From NCBI GenBank assembly GCA_022605425.2, contig CM061246.1:186001-250000 (forward strand): a stretch of 64,000 nt of DNA, in the 5' to 3' direction. Position numbers and translations under genes: made by a program. Under the pieces are notes generated by a model that did not search any database, was not told the origin of the DNA, and saw only the letters and a program-made list of their open reading frames with translations. Position 1 is the first letter of the stretch. Each line of letters starts with the position of its first letter. Below are positions 13,628 through 25,249 of this stretch, piece after piece. The DNA comes from Hamiltosporidium tvaerminnensis FI-OER-3-3 (taxonomy: Eukaryota; Fungi; Microsporidia).

Positions 13628-13790
13628 TTTATATTTTTAATTGAAAATTTTTAAGACATTTAAAATGTTCATAAGTTCTTGATTTAAATTTATATTTTTA
13701 ATTGAATATTTTTAAGTACATTTAAAATGTTCATAAGTTCTTGATTAAAATTTCCATTTTTAATTGAAAATTTTAAGACATTTAAAATAA
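13628..13790. repeat. Degenerate ~58-bp tandem repeat, about 3 units
   Basis: Repeated ttttaattgaa(a/t)att..taag(t)acatttaaaatgttcataagttcttgatt. Confidence 0.7.
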
Positions 13791-14183
13791 TCAAAATTTT
13801 TTATGCATAAATTTTTTTTATATAAAAAAGTAATTTTTTAAAAAATTTCGGGTCTTTTTCGAACCAATAATTTTTTAAAAATCTTTCGTGAAAAAGAGAG
13901 GTATGAAAAAAAATAATAAATAAAAATGTAAAATTTTAGAATTAAAATACTTAATTTCGCTTTAAGAAAATGTATCGACAAAAAATATCATTAAAATCTA
14001 CGTTATTTCACGAAATAAAAACTTTTTATTTTTTTTACAAATTACTTCTAAAAAAATGATTTTCATTGCGCAATTTGAAATAAAAGCTAGCGATTGTGAC
14101 AAAAAGAAGGATAATTAGTAAAAATAATCATAAAGAATTTTATATTTTCTTTAATAATGTATTATTCGTAGAAACACCCCCTC

Positions 14184-15241
14184 ATGACGTTTGTTAGATT
14201 CCGTAGAAACGAACCTATTTCGATTCTCTGTGATTTTTGTTACAATGAAATAAGCTTTTCAACGAGAATAAAATGTTCGGAATGTAATTTAGATTTTTGT
14301 GTTCTTTGTTTCTACAATAAAAAAAATTGGATGGTCATGACTTGTCACATAAATATAGAGCTATTGAACCGTTGGTGTTTCCAGTATATGAACCCAATTG
14401 GACAGCACTAGACGAACTTTTATTTTTTGATGCTTTTTATATTTACGGTATTGGAAATTGGGAAGATATTTCAAATTATTTTGGATCAAAATCAGTTGAA
14501 GAAATCGAAAAGCATTTTTGTTTAATTTTTGGTATTTCAGACAATAAATTCTACGAATCAGATAAAAATATCAGTGGTTTTTCCAATCCAAACATTCACG
14601 AAGTTGTTAATTATTTACCTCTTAGAAAAGATTTCGATGTAGAATACGATAACGATGCAGAAAATATTATTAAAGATCTTGTATTTAAAGAAGAAGATAA
14701 CGAAATAGAAAAACAATTAAAAGAAGCCATGATTGATAGTTATTTCTATACGTTGAAACTAAGAAATATTAGAAAACATATTATTTTAGATAGAAATCTT
14801 TATGAAATCAAAAAATTACAATCCAAAGAATCTAATTATTCAGAAAATGAAAAAAAGATTCTTTCTAAACTCAAACCACTGACACCATATTTGTCAAAAA
14901 CAGATTTTAATTCATTTTTAAAAGGAATTTTTATTGAGGAACATCTTGAATCTTTATTAAACAAGAACCAAGATTTCAAGCAAAAATATTCAAATGAAAG
15001 ATTTTTAAAGTATGAAAAGGAACGTTCAAAATTGCTTACTGATTTGGAATTGGAAATATGTAAAAAATTAGAAATTTCATATAAATCGTATATTCATATC
15101 AAAAGTACAGCAATAAATGAATTTTTAAAAAATAATTATTTAAATGTAAAAAGACTCAAATATCTTCTAAAATCGTACGATAAAAGAATTGAAGTTCTCT
15201 ATGGTTTTTTCTCAAAACAAGGTTGGATACCTGAAAATTAA
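14184..15241 (+). CDS. ADA2: Transcriptional adaptor Ada2 (ZZ zinc finger, SANT, SWIRM), split by a 1-nt frameshift in the A8 run at 14319-14326
   Basis: ORF1 has the ZZ finger CDFC..RIKCSECNLDFCVLCF. ORF2 has H..SHKYR, WTALDELL..YGIGNWEDI (SANT) and YLPLRKDFDVEYDNDAE. One extra A joins the two frames. Confidence 0.9.
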
Positions 15242-16599
15242 TTTTTTTAAATAATTTTTACATTTACTGAATCCAAATAATTTTTTTTTATAGTTTTTTA
15301 AGTTCTTTTAATTATTTTTTTACGTTCCATTTTTTTTATCTTCTTTTTTTGCAAATTTTAAGACTTATGTCTTTTATTATACCTTAAGTTATATTCTGAT
15401 TAATACAATCTAATTTGTCTAGTAATATCATAAATTTGTATAAAATCACATTATTTTGAATATCTTATTAATTTCTTGTTGTTTTTTAAAAAAGTGCTGA
15501 AGCACTCGAGATGAACTAGTTCTTAAATTTTTTTTGAAAGAGTTGATGTAAAAGAAATATTAAAAATGTTTTGAAAAGAAATATATAAATAAAAGAAAAA
15601 ATAAAAATTTGTAAATGACATTTATCTAACTCAAGCTATATATTTTGGAAATATTTGATAGATTAAAAATTTTGGAACATTTTCGATGAGTCCTAATATT
15701 TATTAAATGCTGATATTAAGATTATATATAGTTTAAAAATAAACAAATATTACAATACATTAAAAAACACAGGTATTTTGAATGAAATTATGTCTTTTTA
15801 GGTTGAATATTTTGTATCGAAACAAGATCGAAAATATTTTTACTGTTAAAATTACTTTATATCTTTTTTGTGTAAAAGTTATTCTATCGTGAAATAGTTT
15901 TCTGAAATTAGACTGCCATTGAGAAAAGAACGATTTTATATAATATGTATATATAAAACAAAATAATTTATTTACTTCTTAAGAAATATTAAAATCATTA
16001 GATATTCATGTGCTTACTGGATATAAGCTTTTAGAAAATCCTCTATTTGACGTAAATAATTGAGAGAAACATTTATACAGTTTACCTGGCCAGTTCTAAC
16101 CCTTGGGCTTATTGCTTGTATAATATATCAGGAATCGTATATTTAATATTATATATAAGTGGTTCAATGAGAATGATACAAATTAATAACCGTAAAATAG
16201 TGTAGAAAGCATACTTTAATGTATTAAAGTGTGTTATTTTAAACAGAAAACGTGAAATCTGGTCTATATCCCATTAAAATTCAACAATCACCTCAATGAG
16301 TAATTTTTGCAGTAAATAAAGGTTTATGAACACTTAAAACCATAAAGACAAACTTATTAAAATCATGAAAATCATGTAAATTTTTCAAAGAAAAGTATAT
16401 CAGAAACAAACACGCATCTCAATTTAAATGGGCCGAGAGTAATATAAAACACAAGCTAGATCCAAGAATAACAATTTAATTGCGACGGAAGCAAGCCCTG
16501 TTATTAATACTAGATTTTTAGACTAATGAATTCTGAACTGTACATAAAACTTAAATTTAAGAGTTTGATCTTCTAAGAATTATCTCTGTTTACTTTTAC

Positions 16600-16810
16600 T
16601 TACTTATACCATTCATCTTTTACCTCTCGGTGTCGAGGATGAATCACTGTAAATTTTAATTGCTTTATTTAATCTGTTGTAACTTGGGATTTTAGGGGAT
16701 GGGTCTATAGATTATGTATGATTTATACAACAGAAAAATATCAAAATGCTGTTTCCACCTATTTCACACACTCATTGGCAAAAAGATGATTTTTAATATC
16801 ATTACACTCC
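16600..16810 (-). repeat. Relative of the leader of the dispersed structured element; homologous to 38440-38690
   Basis: Minus-strand gccaatgagtgtgtgaaa; shared blocks tacctc.cggtgt.gaggat and ggtctatagat with 38480-38580. Confidence 0.7.
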
Positions 16811-17367
16811 TCAAAAACCATACAAACATACAAAGTTAAAATAAATAAATGTTTGTGGATTCTTTCCGGGGTTTTTTTGGGTATTTGAATGATCCAAAAA
16901 ATATATTTCAAAATTTTACATATTTAAAATATACTCTACGAATGCAATATATTTCTTATATCTTTTTAGTTATTTTCAAAGTAATATTTAGAAGTATTAA
17001 ATGATTTATACACAAAAAAGCCTAAAACCGGATTAAAAATAGCAATTTAAAAATTAAAAATTTTATTGCTCAGTATAAATAAAAATTTAGTCTTGATTTT
17101 TTACAATTAAATTTTTAAGAAAACTGAGAACTTAAATTATTATCAACTAAGGTTTACATTATTTAGAATGAGTATCTATTTTAAAGAACCAAAATTTATA
17201 TTGCACAAAATTTTTTCTTCATTTGATTGAAATGAAAAGATTTAGATATAAGATTCTTAAAATAAATAAAAGTATCGGTTTTTACAAATAAAGACAAAAC
17301 TATACCCATGAATTTATTATTGAAGTAAATAACCTGAAATAATAAATTTAATCTTAAAAAAATCCTT

Positions 17368-17622
17368 TTATTTTTTGCTTGTATTATTGCCTTTTTTTTC
17401 TCCCGCTTTTTTGAGATCAATATGATCTTTTAGTATTTCTGTTATAACGCCCACCTTTGCTTCCAATTCTGCCACTTTTGCTTCTATACTGACCGGCTTT
17501 TTCTGATCATTAATTTTATTCAAGTTTTTCAACAGAAACTTTGCTTCCCACTTATAAAAGATAATAGCAAATATCACAGAACACAAAGCAATTGCTACTA
17601 CCGGTTTATCTATTCTAGTCAT
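17368..17622 (-). CDS. Small single-pass membrane protein with coiled coil (84 aa from ATG)
   Basis: MTRIDKPVVAIALCSVIFAIIFY hydrophobic segment followed by IEAKVAELEAKV heptads. Confidence 0.5.
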   Translation of the reverse strand: MTRIDKPVVAIALCSVIFAIIFYKWEAKFLLKNLNKINDQKKPVSIEAKVAELEAKVGVITEILKDHIDLKKAGEKKGNNTSKK

Positions 17623-18148
17623 ACAAATACAGAAACAACAATATATAGATAGTATTTTAACCAATAAAATCTGTTTATTTCTTATCTAAGATAACGTTTT
17701 ATATATCTTTTAATTAAATATATTTATAATAATTGGCCCAATCAAATAGTAAATCGTATTTTGTTGTTTTCCAATATAGTTTTTCCTATTTTTTTTTCTA
17801 ATTCTAATATTAATTGAGAAAATAAAACAGATTTTTTAAATCGGTTTTTAATCTGTAGTTTATTGCAGAAATGTCGATTGATTAGAATATTTTCTATGTG
17901 TATAACTTAAGAATCATTTTAAAATGATTTTCAAGAAAAAAAAACCAATTTTTAAATTTAAAAAAATTATTTAAGAAAATATCATAGTAATATTCTATAC
18001 AAATATAAAAATAATATTCAATTATTTTCTAATATTAATAAAAAAAGTAAAAGATTGTCGTTTTTAATAAATATTTTATTTTTACTCTAATAATTTCAAT
18101 ATATATCTTTTCTTCCTTTTAAATCTTTTTAAAATATTTCTTCAAAAC

Positions 18149-19138
18149 ACTTTTTTATTTAATAAAATTCTGGGTTAAAATATTTTTAACATTTTTATAT
18201 GTTTTCTTCTACCTCTTTAACCACTATTGTCTCTTCTTCCAAATCCGGCTCTTCATTTATGTTATTGGTCGGTTCCTCTAAAGTGGTTCCTCCTTGTAAA
18301 ATAAAGGGGGCTTTATATTTTGGTTTAAAATTTTTGGCACCATCTTCCTCTGTTTTCGCTTCTTTTAAAGGGGGTATTGGTTCCTCATGCATCTCTGATC
18401 TCATAATAACACCCATTGACGCTCTCTCCCAGCTCTCTTCGGCATTTAGTCCTGACTCAAGTCCTCTTCGTCGATCAAAGGAAATAGTTTCGACTGTCTT
18501 TTTAAGTACTATAGACTGAATGTATGCTTCTACATTCATGGGTATTTCTAGTCTTTTAAGATGAGATTTATGGTATTTTGTCACAATACCGTCCCAGGTC
18601 ATCACATAAGGGATTATCTCAACACTACACTTATAAATAAGGCCCAACTCATTGGCTAGCAGGTCATACTTCCTAAGTTTTTCAGTTTCAACTATTTGAA
18701 GTGAATCTTGGGAAGTGATTCCTACTTCAATGAGTGTTATCTTATTCTTCTTCTTATCTAAAATAAATATGTCCGGTCTGTTATTCCGAATTTTAACATC
18801 AGTTTTAATTCTGGTGTCCACTCTTATCTCTGCATACTCATTATCAAGAATTTCTTGAACTGAGTGGCTCCTTATTCGTTTTGAAGACTTAAACTTATAT
18901 CTATTTAGAAGGAGAAGGTGTAGGCATCTAACCACTTCATTATGCCGTCTAGTGTAATCATGGCCTAGCATTTTTTCACATCTAGTTGCTAGATGATCCA
19001 CAGTCTTACCAGACTTCCCGCAATGTTGACACACACCATCTGCTCCCCAGAATACATTTCTATCCTGGATATAGCAGAACACAGCTTCATTTCGTGGCCT
19101 AATATTTCCTCTCTTTAGCCATCTTGAAGAGTCACTAA
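18149..19138 (-). mobile_element. 5'-truncated RLE non-LTR retrotransposon copy (CCHC knuckle + restriction-like endonuclease), 9-bp TSD
   Basis: CQHC..DHLATRC, RHNEVV, RPDIFILD..LIEVGIT..K..KY; shared 3' end ttaacccagaattttattaaat; cttcaaaac duplicated at 18140-18148 and 19139-19147. Confidence 0.93.
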
Positions 19139-20004
19139 CTTCAAAACTTAAAAATCTATATATTTTAAAGTATTTATTCAAGCCTTACAACTCAAAGATA
19201 AAAATTTTTATCTTATTCTTATATTTCTTAAAGTAAATATATATTTAAATAAACTTTATTATTTGATTTTCACTACAAGTGTAATATTTCTCTTAAATAT
19301 TTTTCATAACTCAACTTATAAACCTTTTCTTTAATTTCCAACCAATTCATACAAAATTATAAATAACTTTATAAATCATTAAACTATCTATTAAAAGAAA
19401 AATTAATCTTTAATCATATTTATATTTTCCAAATGAACAATTTATTATACAATTGGCTGTATTATAAGAATAAATGATTATTAGTAAAAAATACTATAAA
19501 AGACTAATTAAAGATCTAATATAAATATTTCTTAAAATAGAAATTCTTAAATATTATTATTCTGTCTTCAAGTTGTATATAAAGAATATAAAAATGTAAA
19601 AAATTATGTGTTTTCTTTGAATTAACAGAAATTAATCATTCAATTTTAATATTAAATCTCAAATTTTAATATTGAAACAACATAAAAATTTATTACAACT
19701 ATGAATATTAAATATTGAAAATATGATTATTCAACTCAAAAACTAATAATCAAAGAATAAAAACCATAAAATATAAACTTTGCAATATTAAATATGAAAT
19801 TTAAAAGTAAGATATGAAATTGAAATAAATTTACTCTAAATATTAAACCTATGGAATTCAGAAGTAAAATTATTCTAAATATTTAAACTATTAATCCTTC
19901 AGCAAATTTACTCTAAATATTAAAATTATGGAATTTAAAATATTAATCTTTCAACAAATTTACTATTTTTATATAAAAGTTTATTAAAAATGCACAGAAA
20001 TTTA

Positions 20005-20931
20005 TCAAAGTTCAAAGAAATTTGTATCTTTACAGTTCTTTTGAAAGGAAATTCCTTCTCCAATCGAAGAAAAAGTAGGAACAAACCAATACCTAGGATC
20101 CTTTCCGAAGACCTGGTACCAGTTTTCTTTAAATCCTAAAAAATATGGATTTAATATTCTTCTATCATGTATTGTAACATCATCATACGTAACCAACGGT
20201 CCTTCTTGAAAAACACCTGGATTAAACGGTTCTTTTGCCAAATATTCTTCCAATGTTTCATATTCAATTGTAGTTTCATTAAAACTAATCAATTTGGTAT
20301 GTAAAACCAAAAAAAACATCGTTATAATCCATCCAATAGAAAATAAAAGTACAATTATAATATAATTTGTTGTAGATGAAGTATAATCATCCATAAATAT
20401 AGGAAATACCAGAGTTAGTATTACATACAACATAAAAATAGAATTAAATACCAAAAAAAGGTAAAAGAATTTGTAATTATGAAATGCTATACAAGAATCT
20501 ACCAAGTAACAATGATGATCCATTTTTAAAAAACATTTTTTACATTTTTTGCAATGATGAGCACGTGGCGGTTTATAAGTTTTACAGATATTACATGTTT
20601 GTATATCTCTAAGTCTCTTTTTCGATATCTCCTGTATAAAAAATGGATTTATATCATCAATTATATTTTCTGACTCCGATCTTCTCATGTGTGGAAATAA
20701 ACTAAGAGTGCTTACCTCATCGTTAGATAATAATCTCATGTAAAATATTCCTGTGTATAGAGCTAGAAAATGATAAATAATAAATGTCATTATTATATAA
20801 GCATTTTCAAATCTTTTATCTTCTAAACAGAATATACCAACCACAACAAAGTATGAATATATTATTATTACGGGATAAATAGCATATGCGATGAAACCAA
20901 TCGCGTCTTGTTTTACTTCTCTCCAACCCAT
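20005..20931 (-). CDS. DHHC palmitoyltransferase (Pfa3/ZDHHC2-like)
   Basis: CNICKTYKPPRAHHCKKCKKCFLKMDHHC..NYKFF, TTIE motif, NWYQVFG; four TM segments. Confidence 0.95.
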   Translation of the reverse strand: MGWREVKQDAIGFIAYAIYPVIIIYSYFVVVGIFCLEDKRFENAYIIMTFIIYHFLALYTGIFYMRLLSNDEVSTLSLFPHMRRSESENIIDDINPFFIQEISKKRLRDIQTCNICKTYKPPRAHHCKKCKKCFLKMDHHCYLVDSCIAFHNYKFFYLFLVFNSIFMLYVILTLVFPIFMDDYTSSTTNYIIIVLLFSIGWIITMFFLVLHTKLISFNETTIEYETLEEYLAKEPFNPGVFQEGPLVTYDDVTIHDRRILNPYFLGFKENWYQVFGKDPRYWFVPTFSSIGEGISFQKNCKDTNFFEL

Positions 20932-21274
20932 GAATTCCTTTTTGAAGGAAAAAAATATTTAAACATTTTTAAATTAAAAGAGCGAATATTTTATTTTTGT
21001 AGGTTGAAAGTTGTAAATAATATTTTGTGTATAATGGTAATAAAGAAATAGAAAAGGCGGTAAAATTAATTATTATGTAGTAGATGTATGTATTGTTGTG
21101 TATGTAAGATATATTATTTAATTATATTTGTAATTCTTTCTAATATAAGATTTAATCAATTCTAAATATTATTTTAATTATTATTCTAATTGCTACTTAT
21201 GGTTTTAAAAATTCATTAATTTGAGAAAAGTATTTTAATGGTAGATAACACTAGAGATCGGAAAAACAAGAAAT

Positions 21275-21430
21275 TTTAAGAAAATCGATTCATTTTATTT
21301 TAGAAAAAGATTTATAAGAAATAATGACAGAAGCAGGAAAAATAATAGGTTTTAAGAAAATGGATTCATTTTATTTTAGAAAAAGATTTAAAAAGAAATA
21401 ATGACAGATATGCGAAAAATAATAGGTTTT
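21275..21430. repeat. ~77-bp direct tandem duplication
   Basis: tttaagaaaat(c/g)gattcattttattttagaaaaagattta.aagaaataatgacaga occurs twice. Confidence 0.75.
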
Positions 21431-21710
21431 AACGGAATTTGATTTATTTTTAAAAGAGAAGAGCTTTGATAAGAAATTATAGCAAAAATTATGAAAATAA
21501 TAATTCATAGGAATTCCGTCTCTTATTTAAGAGTGAAGATTTTTAGAAAAAGTTATGAAATATTTTTGTAAAAATTTCATATTTTATTTCTTCTTTTTGA
21601 TGAGAGTTATAAACAAAAACAGGTTTTTAAATATTTAATATTAAATAAATTAAGAAAAAAAACAAAAATTATTAAGTAGAGATATTAGGATATTTTATTT
21701 GATAAAAATA

Positions 21711-23660
21711 TTATGAATATGCATCTGCTTCAAGAACAGACTGTTTGATCTCGTGGTAATCTTCTCTACATTTTAATATTTTTTTAAGTTCATTTCTTGG
21801 TATCTTGTGAAACATTCCAGTTGTAAACATAATAATGTCATTTTTGTCTACAGCAATCAATTCACAGACTTCTGTAAAATATTCATAATTTTCAAATACT
21901 TCTATTAAATTAATGTCTTTGATAAACTTTTGTAGGTATTTTATGTCATTTACAAGAATTTTTGCCTTTTTGGGTGTAAATTTTAAGCTTAGAATGTGTT
22001 TATAGTAACAAATATATATTTTATCGAGAAGTAAAGTTAAAAAATCTTTGGTATTTTTCCCTGGAATGGTTTCGTTTAAAATTATATTTTCGTCTTTTAA
22101 AAAACATGTAATTTTTTTTATAGAAATTGTATTTACAGCTTCATCGTAATATTCTTTCATGGTTTGTGCTTTTATTAAACCTTTCACTTTTCTTTCTGAT
22201 ATTTTGAATCGCGTGTCAATTATTTCTTGTATTTTATCATCAACAAAATATTTAAAATTTTCTGATAAATGACTTTTTCTTGGAAAAGATGAAAAAAAAT
22301 TAGAAAAAACGAGAAATAAATATGAAAGTAAATTACATAACTTTAAGGTTTCTGTGCCAGAAAATGTATTAATTACAATTTCTATTAAACGGTGCAATTT
22401 AGAAATAAAAAAAGTAATAATTTCATCAATATTTTTTTCAGAGTAATTTAAAATTTCTGCTCGCTCCATAAAAAAATTTATAATGCACAATAATTTAGCG
22501 AAAATTTCTTTATATTCAAAATTTGAATTATAAATAGATTCATTTAATAAAATGTAATTATTTTTTGGTTTCTTTTTATTTACAAGAATTTGAAATACTT
22601 CTTCAAAAGCGGTTTCTTCTTTTCTAATTGCGTTTAACACATAATCTTCAAAAATATCATCGACTAAAGTATTTCCTATTGACTCTTCATAAATCGATAA
22701 AATGAATTTTTGTAGTTCTTTTACTTTTATGTATGAAGATTTTAGATTCATTAAAAATAAAAAAGAATCTTCAAATTTCATGAAATTTTCTAATTCTGTT
22801 TGTATTAAATCTTGAAATATTCTTTTATTTATTATTTCAATTACTTCTAAATGATTTGGAAATATTGATTCAATATCTGACAATTCATCATCATAATATT
22901 TTCTAATCTTACTTATAAAAATAAAAAAAGGATTGTTTTCGTTTTCATAGAAATCTAAATCTATTTTTTTAGGAATTTCATGGTTATATTCAGATACTTT
23001 TAATTTGAATAAATCCAAACTTTGCATGTAATTCTTAATAATATATTTTGATTTATCCATTTCCATAAAGCACACATATGAATGACGTAAAAGACTTCTA
23101 TTCTTTTCAACAATAGCTCTTTCGAAAGTTTCTGTAATCATTTTTTCTATTTTTTTATTATAATTTGAAATATTTTCTGTCAAGGATTCGTCATCGAAAT
23201 TAGAAATATCACGAAGTGTTTTAAACGCAAAACATAAAAATCTAAGCGTTTCGAAATCTTCATTTTTAATTGCATTTTCTATTTTTTCAAATTCCCTTTT
23301 TTTAATATCACAAACTAAATTAATAATTCTTTGCATCAATTTTAATTCATCAAGATGTTTTTTTGTATCAATTATTTCTTTAAAACAATCCACGTGATTT
23401 AACTTTAAATTTTCTATATTTTTTGTCAGTAATTCAATATTTTCTTTCACTGTTTTTATTTCTTTCTTGTTCAATTCATTTTTCATTTTTTCTTTTTTAA
23501 AAAATATCGCTTGGCGTAAATCATCTAGTTCTGTTATCAATCGAGTTAGGTTCTTTTTTGTTTCATCCAAATTGTCGAAATCTATTTTTAGTTTATCATT
23601 TATTAAAACTAATTCATTAAAATTTTCTTTTTTAAAGTCTTCTATTGAAAATGTTGCCAT
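21711..23660 (-). CDS. SEC10: Exocyst subunit Sec10-like protein (probable start MATFSIEDF at 23660)
   Basis: N-terminal FSIEDF..ENF plus coiled coil, IESIFPNH..RIFQDLIQ..LE, C-terminal ILVNDIKY..CREDY. GCCC precedes the ATG at 23660. A COG4-type CATCHR protein is not fully excluded. Confidence 0.65.
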   Translation of the reverse strand: MATFSIEDFKKENFNELVLINDKLKIDFDNLDETKKNLTRLITELDDLRQAIFFKKEKMKNELNKKEIKTVKENIELLTKNIENLKLNHVDCFKEIIDTKKHLDELKLMQRIINLVCDIKKREFEKIENAIKNEDFETLRFLCFAFKTLRDISNFDDESLTENISNYNKKIEKMITETFERAIVEKNRSLLRHSYVCFMEMDKSKYIIKNYMQSLDLFKLKVSEYNHEIPKKIDLDFYENENNPFFIFISKIRKYYDDELSDIESIFPNHLEVIEIINKRIFQDLIQTELENFMKFEDSFLFLMNLKSSYIKVKELQKFILSIYEESIGNTLVDDIFEDYVLNAIRKEETAFEEVFQILVNKKKPKNNYILLNESIYNSNFEYKEIFAKLLCIINFFMERAEILNYSEKNIDEIITFFISKLHRLIEIVINTFSGTETLKLCNLLSYLFLVFSNFFSSFPRKSHLSENFKYFVDDKIQEIIDTRFKISERKVKGLIKAQTMKEYYDEAVNTISIKKITCFLKDENIILNETIPGKNTKDFLTLLLDKIYICYYKHILSLKFTPKKAKILVNDIKYLQKFIKDINLIEVFENYEYFTEVCELIAVDKNDIIMFTTGMFHKIPRNELKKILKCREDYHEIKQSVLEADAYS

Positions 23661-24529
23661 AATTAAGGGCCATTCAATATTTTGTAAATTTTTTGTCCGC
23701 AATTGTGAAGATAAATATGATGAATATACAGACACAGTTTTTTAATCTAAAAAATGTGTTTATTTTTCCTCCAATTTCAATTTATTTACTATTTTTTTAT
23801 GTTTGTGGTCAAATTATAAAAATCATTCAATAAACCAAAACATACAAAGAATCAGAAAATTAACTGACCAAAACAAGAATAGAATTCACAAATTAGGAAT
23901 GAAATAATTTAAAAAAAATATTTTCGTAATATATTTTGTTCAAACGAAATTGAGAAGAGCTCCTAAAATTTATTCGACATATATATGCTCCGGATCAAAT
24001 GGCCAATTAGTTATGCTGGTCTTTAATAAATAAAATATTACAAATAGATTGTTTTAGATCAACTGATTTATAGAAATGGGAAAAAAATTTGTTGAATTTT
24101 TTTAATTAATATGGCATTATAATATCTTCGATGCAAATAATTAATCGTTTTGAGTAAATAGACTGGGTTTATAGTTACTTTATATCTTATGTTTGTTCAA
24201 TAAAAATCAAAACTGCTACGTTTTCTCTGCTATTTATTGGTTTGTTCTTTTCAAAGCATAAATAAATAATTCCAGGGATAATATGATCTAGATCCATTGA
24301 TTTTTGCTGTAAATATATTTATTCTTTGAAAAAAGATGAAGGAAACAGATTATTGTACAAGAATTCATTTTTTGTTTATTTTTATCACAAGCTCTTTATG
24401 GTGAGTAAATTTCACACGATGGGATCGTCTTTGAAGTGCAGCTGTTTTTTTTTACTAAAAATATGGTTAAAATATCCAAATAAAATGCAGTTAAATATCT
24501 TAAATGTTGTGAAAAAACCAATACACTTC

Positions 24530-24800
24530 TAGAAGAAGTTGCTATTTAAATACTTAAGGATAATAGAAGATATCAAAAGTAACTCAGCGCTTAGATTATG
24601 CAAGGAAATAAAATATAATTTAATACAAAATTTAAAAAATTTAACAGATGCAAGAACGTAAAAAATTTATTTAAGGCTATAAATAATCACTCGATATCGT
24701 TAATTAACCATCATATAAAAACATTTCGACTTTACCGAATGATTTCTCGAAGTTAGATGATGTGATATGTGCAGTGTTTATAAAAGTAAATAGAATAACG
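24530..24800 (+). mobile_element. Decayed RT-thumb fragment of the RLE retrotransposon
   Basis: Encodes FKYLRIIED..KNLFKAINNHSISLINHHI..FSKLDD, matching the ORF at 47023-47616. Confidence 0.7.
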
Positions 24801-25249
24801 TTCTTAAAAGAGCTTTTAATAGCAAGGAGGTGGAATATATGAAGATATTTTCAGTGTTTATTACAAAAAAATATATGTCTTACAACCTTCGATTATAATA
24901 CTAGAAATATAGAAAATGAAACTGCCTAGCAGCAATCCATCAAAACGAAGAATGACACTAAAACTCAACCTGAAAAAATCAAATCATTCATAATAAAAAT
25001 ATAAGAAAAAAGGGGGAAGTTGCATCATAAATTAGAAATCACCATACAAGTATAAATGTCATAAAATTTAATTATTTTGGTCATTATTCATAATTAACAA
25101 GGTGAATGAGAATTTGATAATTTTTTTACTTTTTTTTTTTGAAGAAACTAAGAGTATTATATTTAAATCAATATGTATGAAAGTACGTAGGTATACGAAA
25201 AAAAAATATACAATTTTCAAAAAATGTCGAATCTAAGAATATTTATTTA

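Noticed and set aside
13628-13790. AT-rich tandem repeats as a CRISPR-like array (also 21275-21430, 41450-41610, 45420-45510)
   Set aside because: Head-to-tail degenerate duplications without unique spacers, in a eukaryotic context with no cas genes.
18199-18519. Recurring ~100-aa antisense ORF in retrotransposon copies (also 30579-30899, 45805-46065)
   Set aside because: Shadow of the Glu/Lys-rich sense ORF; it recurs because the copies are near-identical.
23661-23735. N-terminal extension of SEC10 given by the ORF track
   Set aside because: It starts at a GTG; the CCC motif and family-like N-terminus point to the ATG at 23660.
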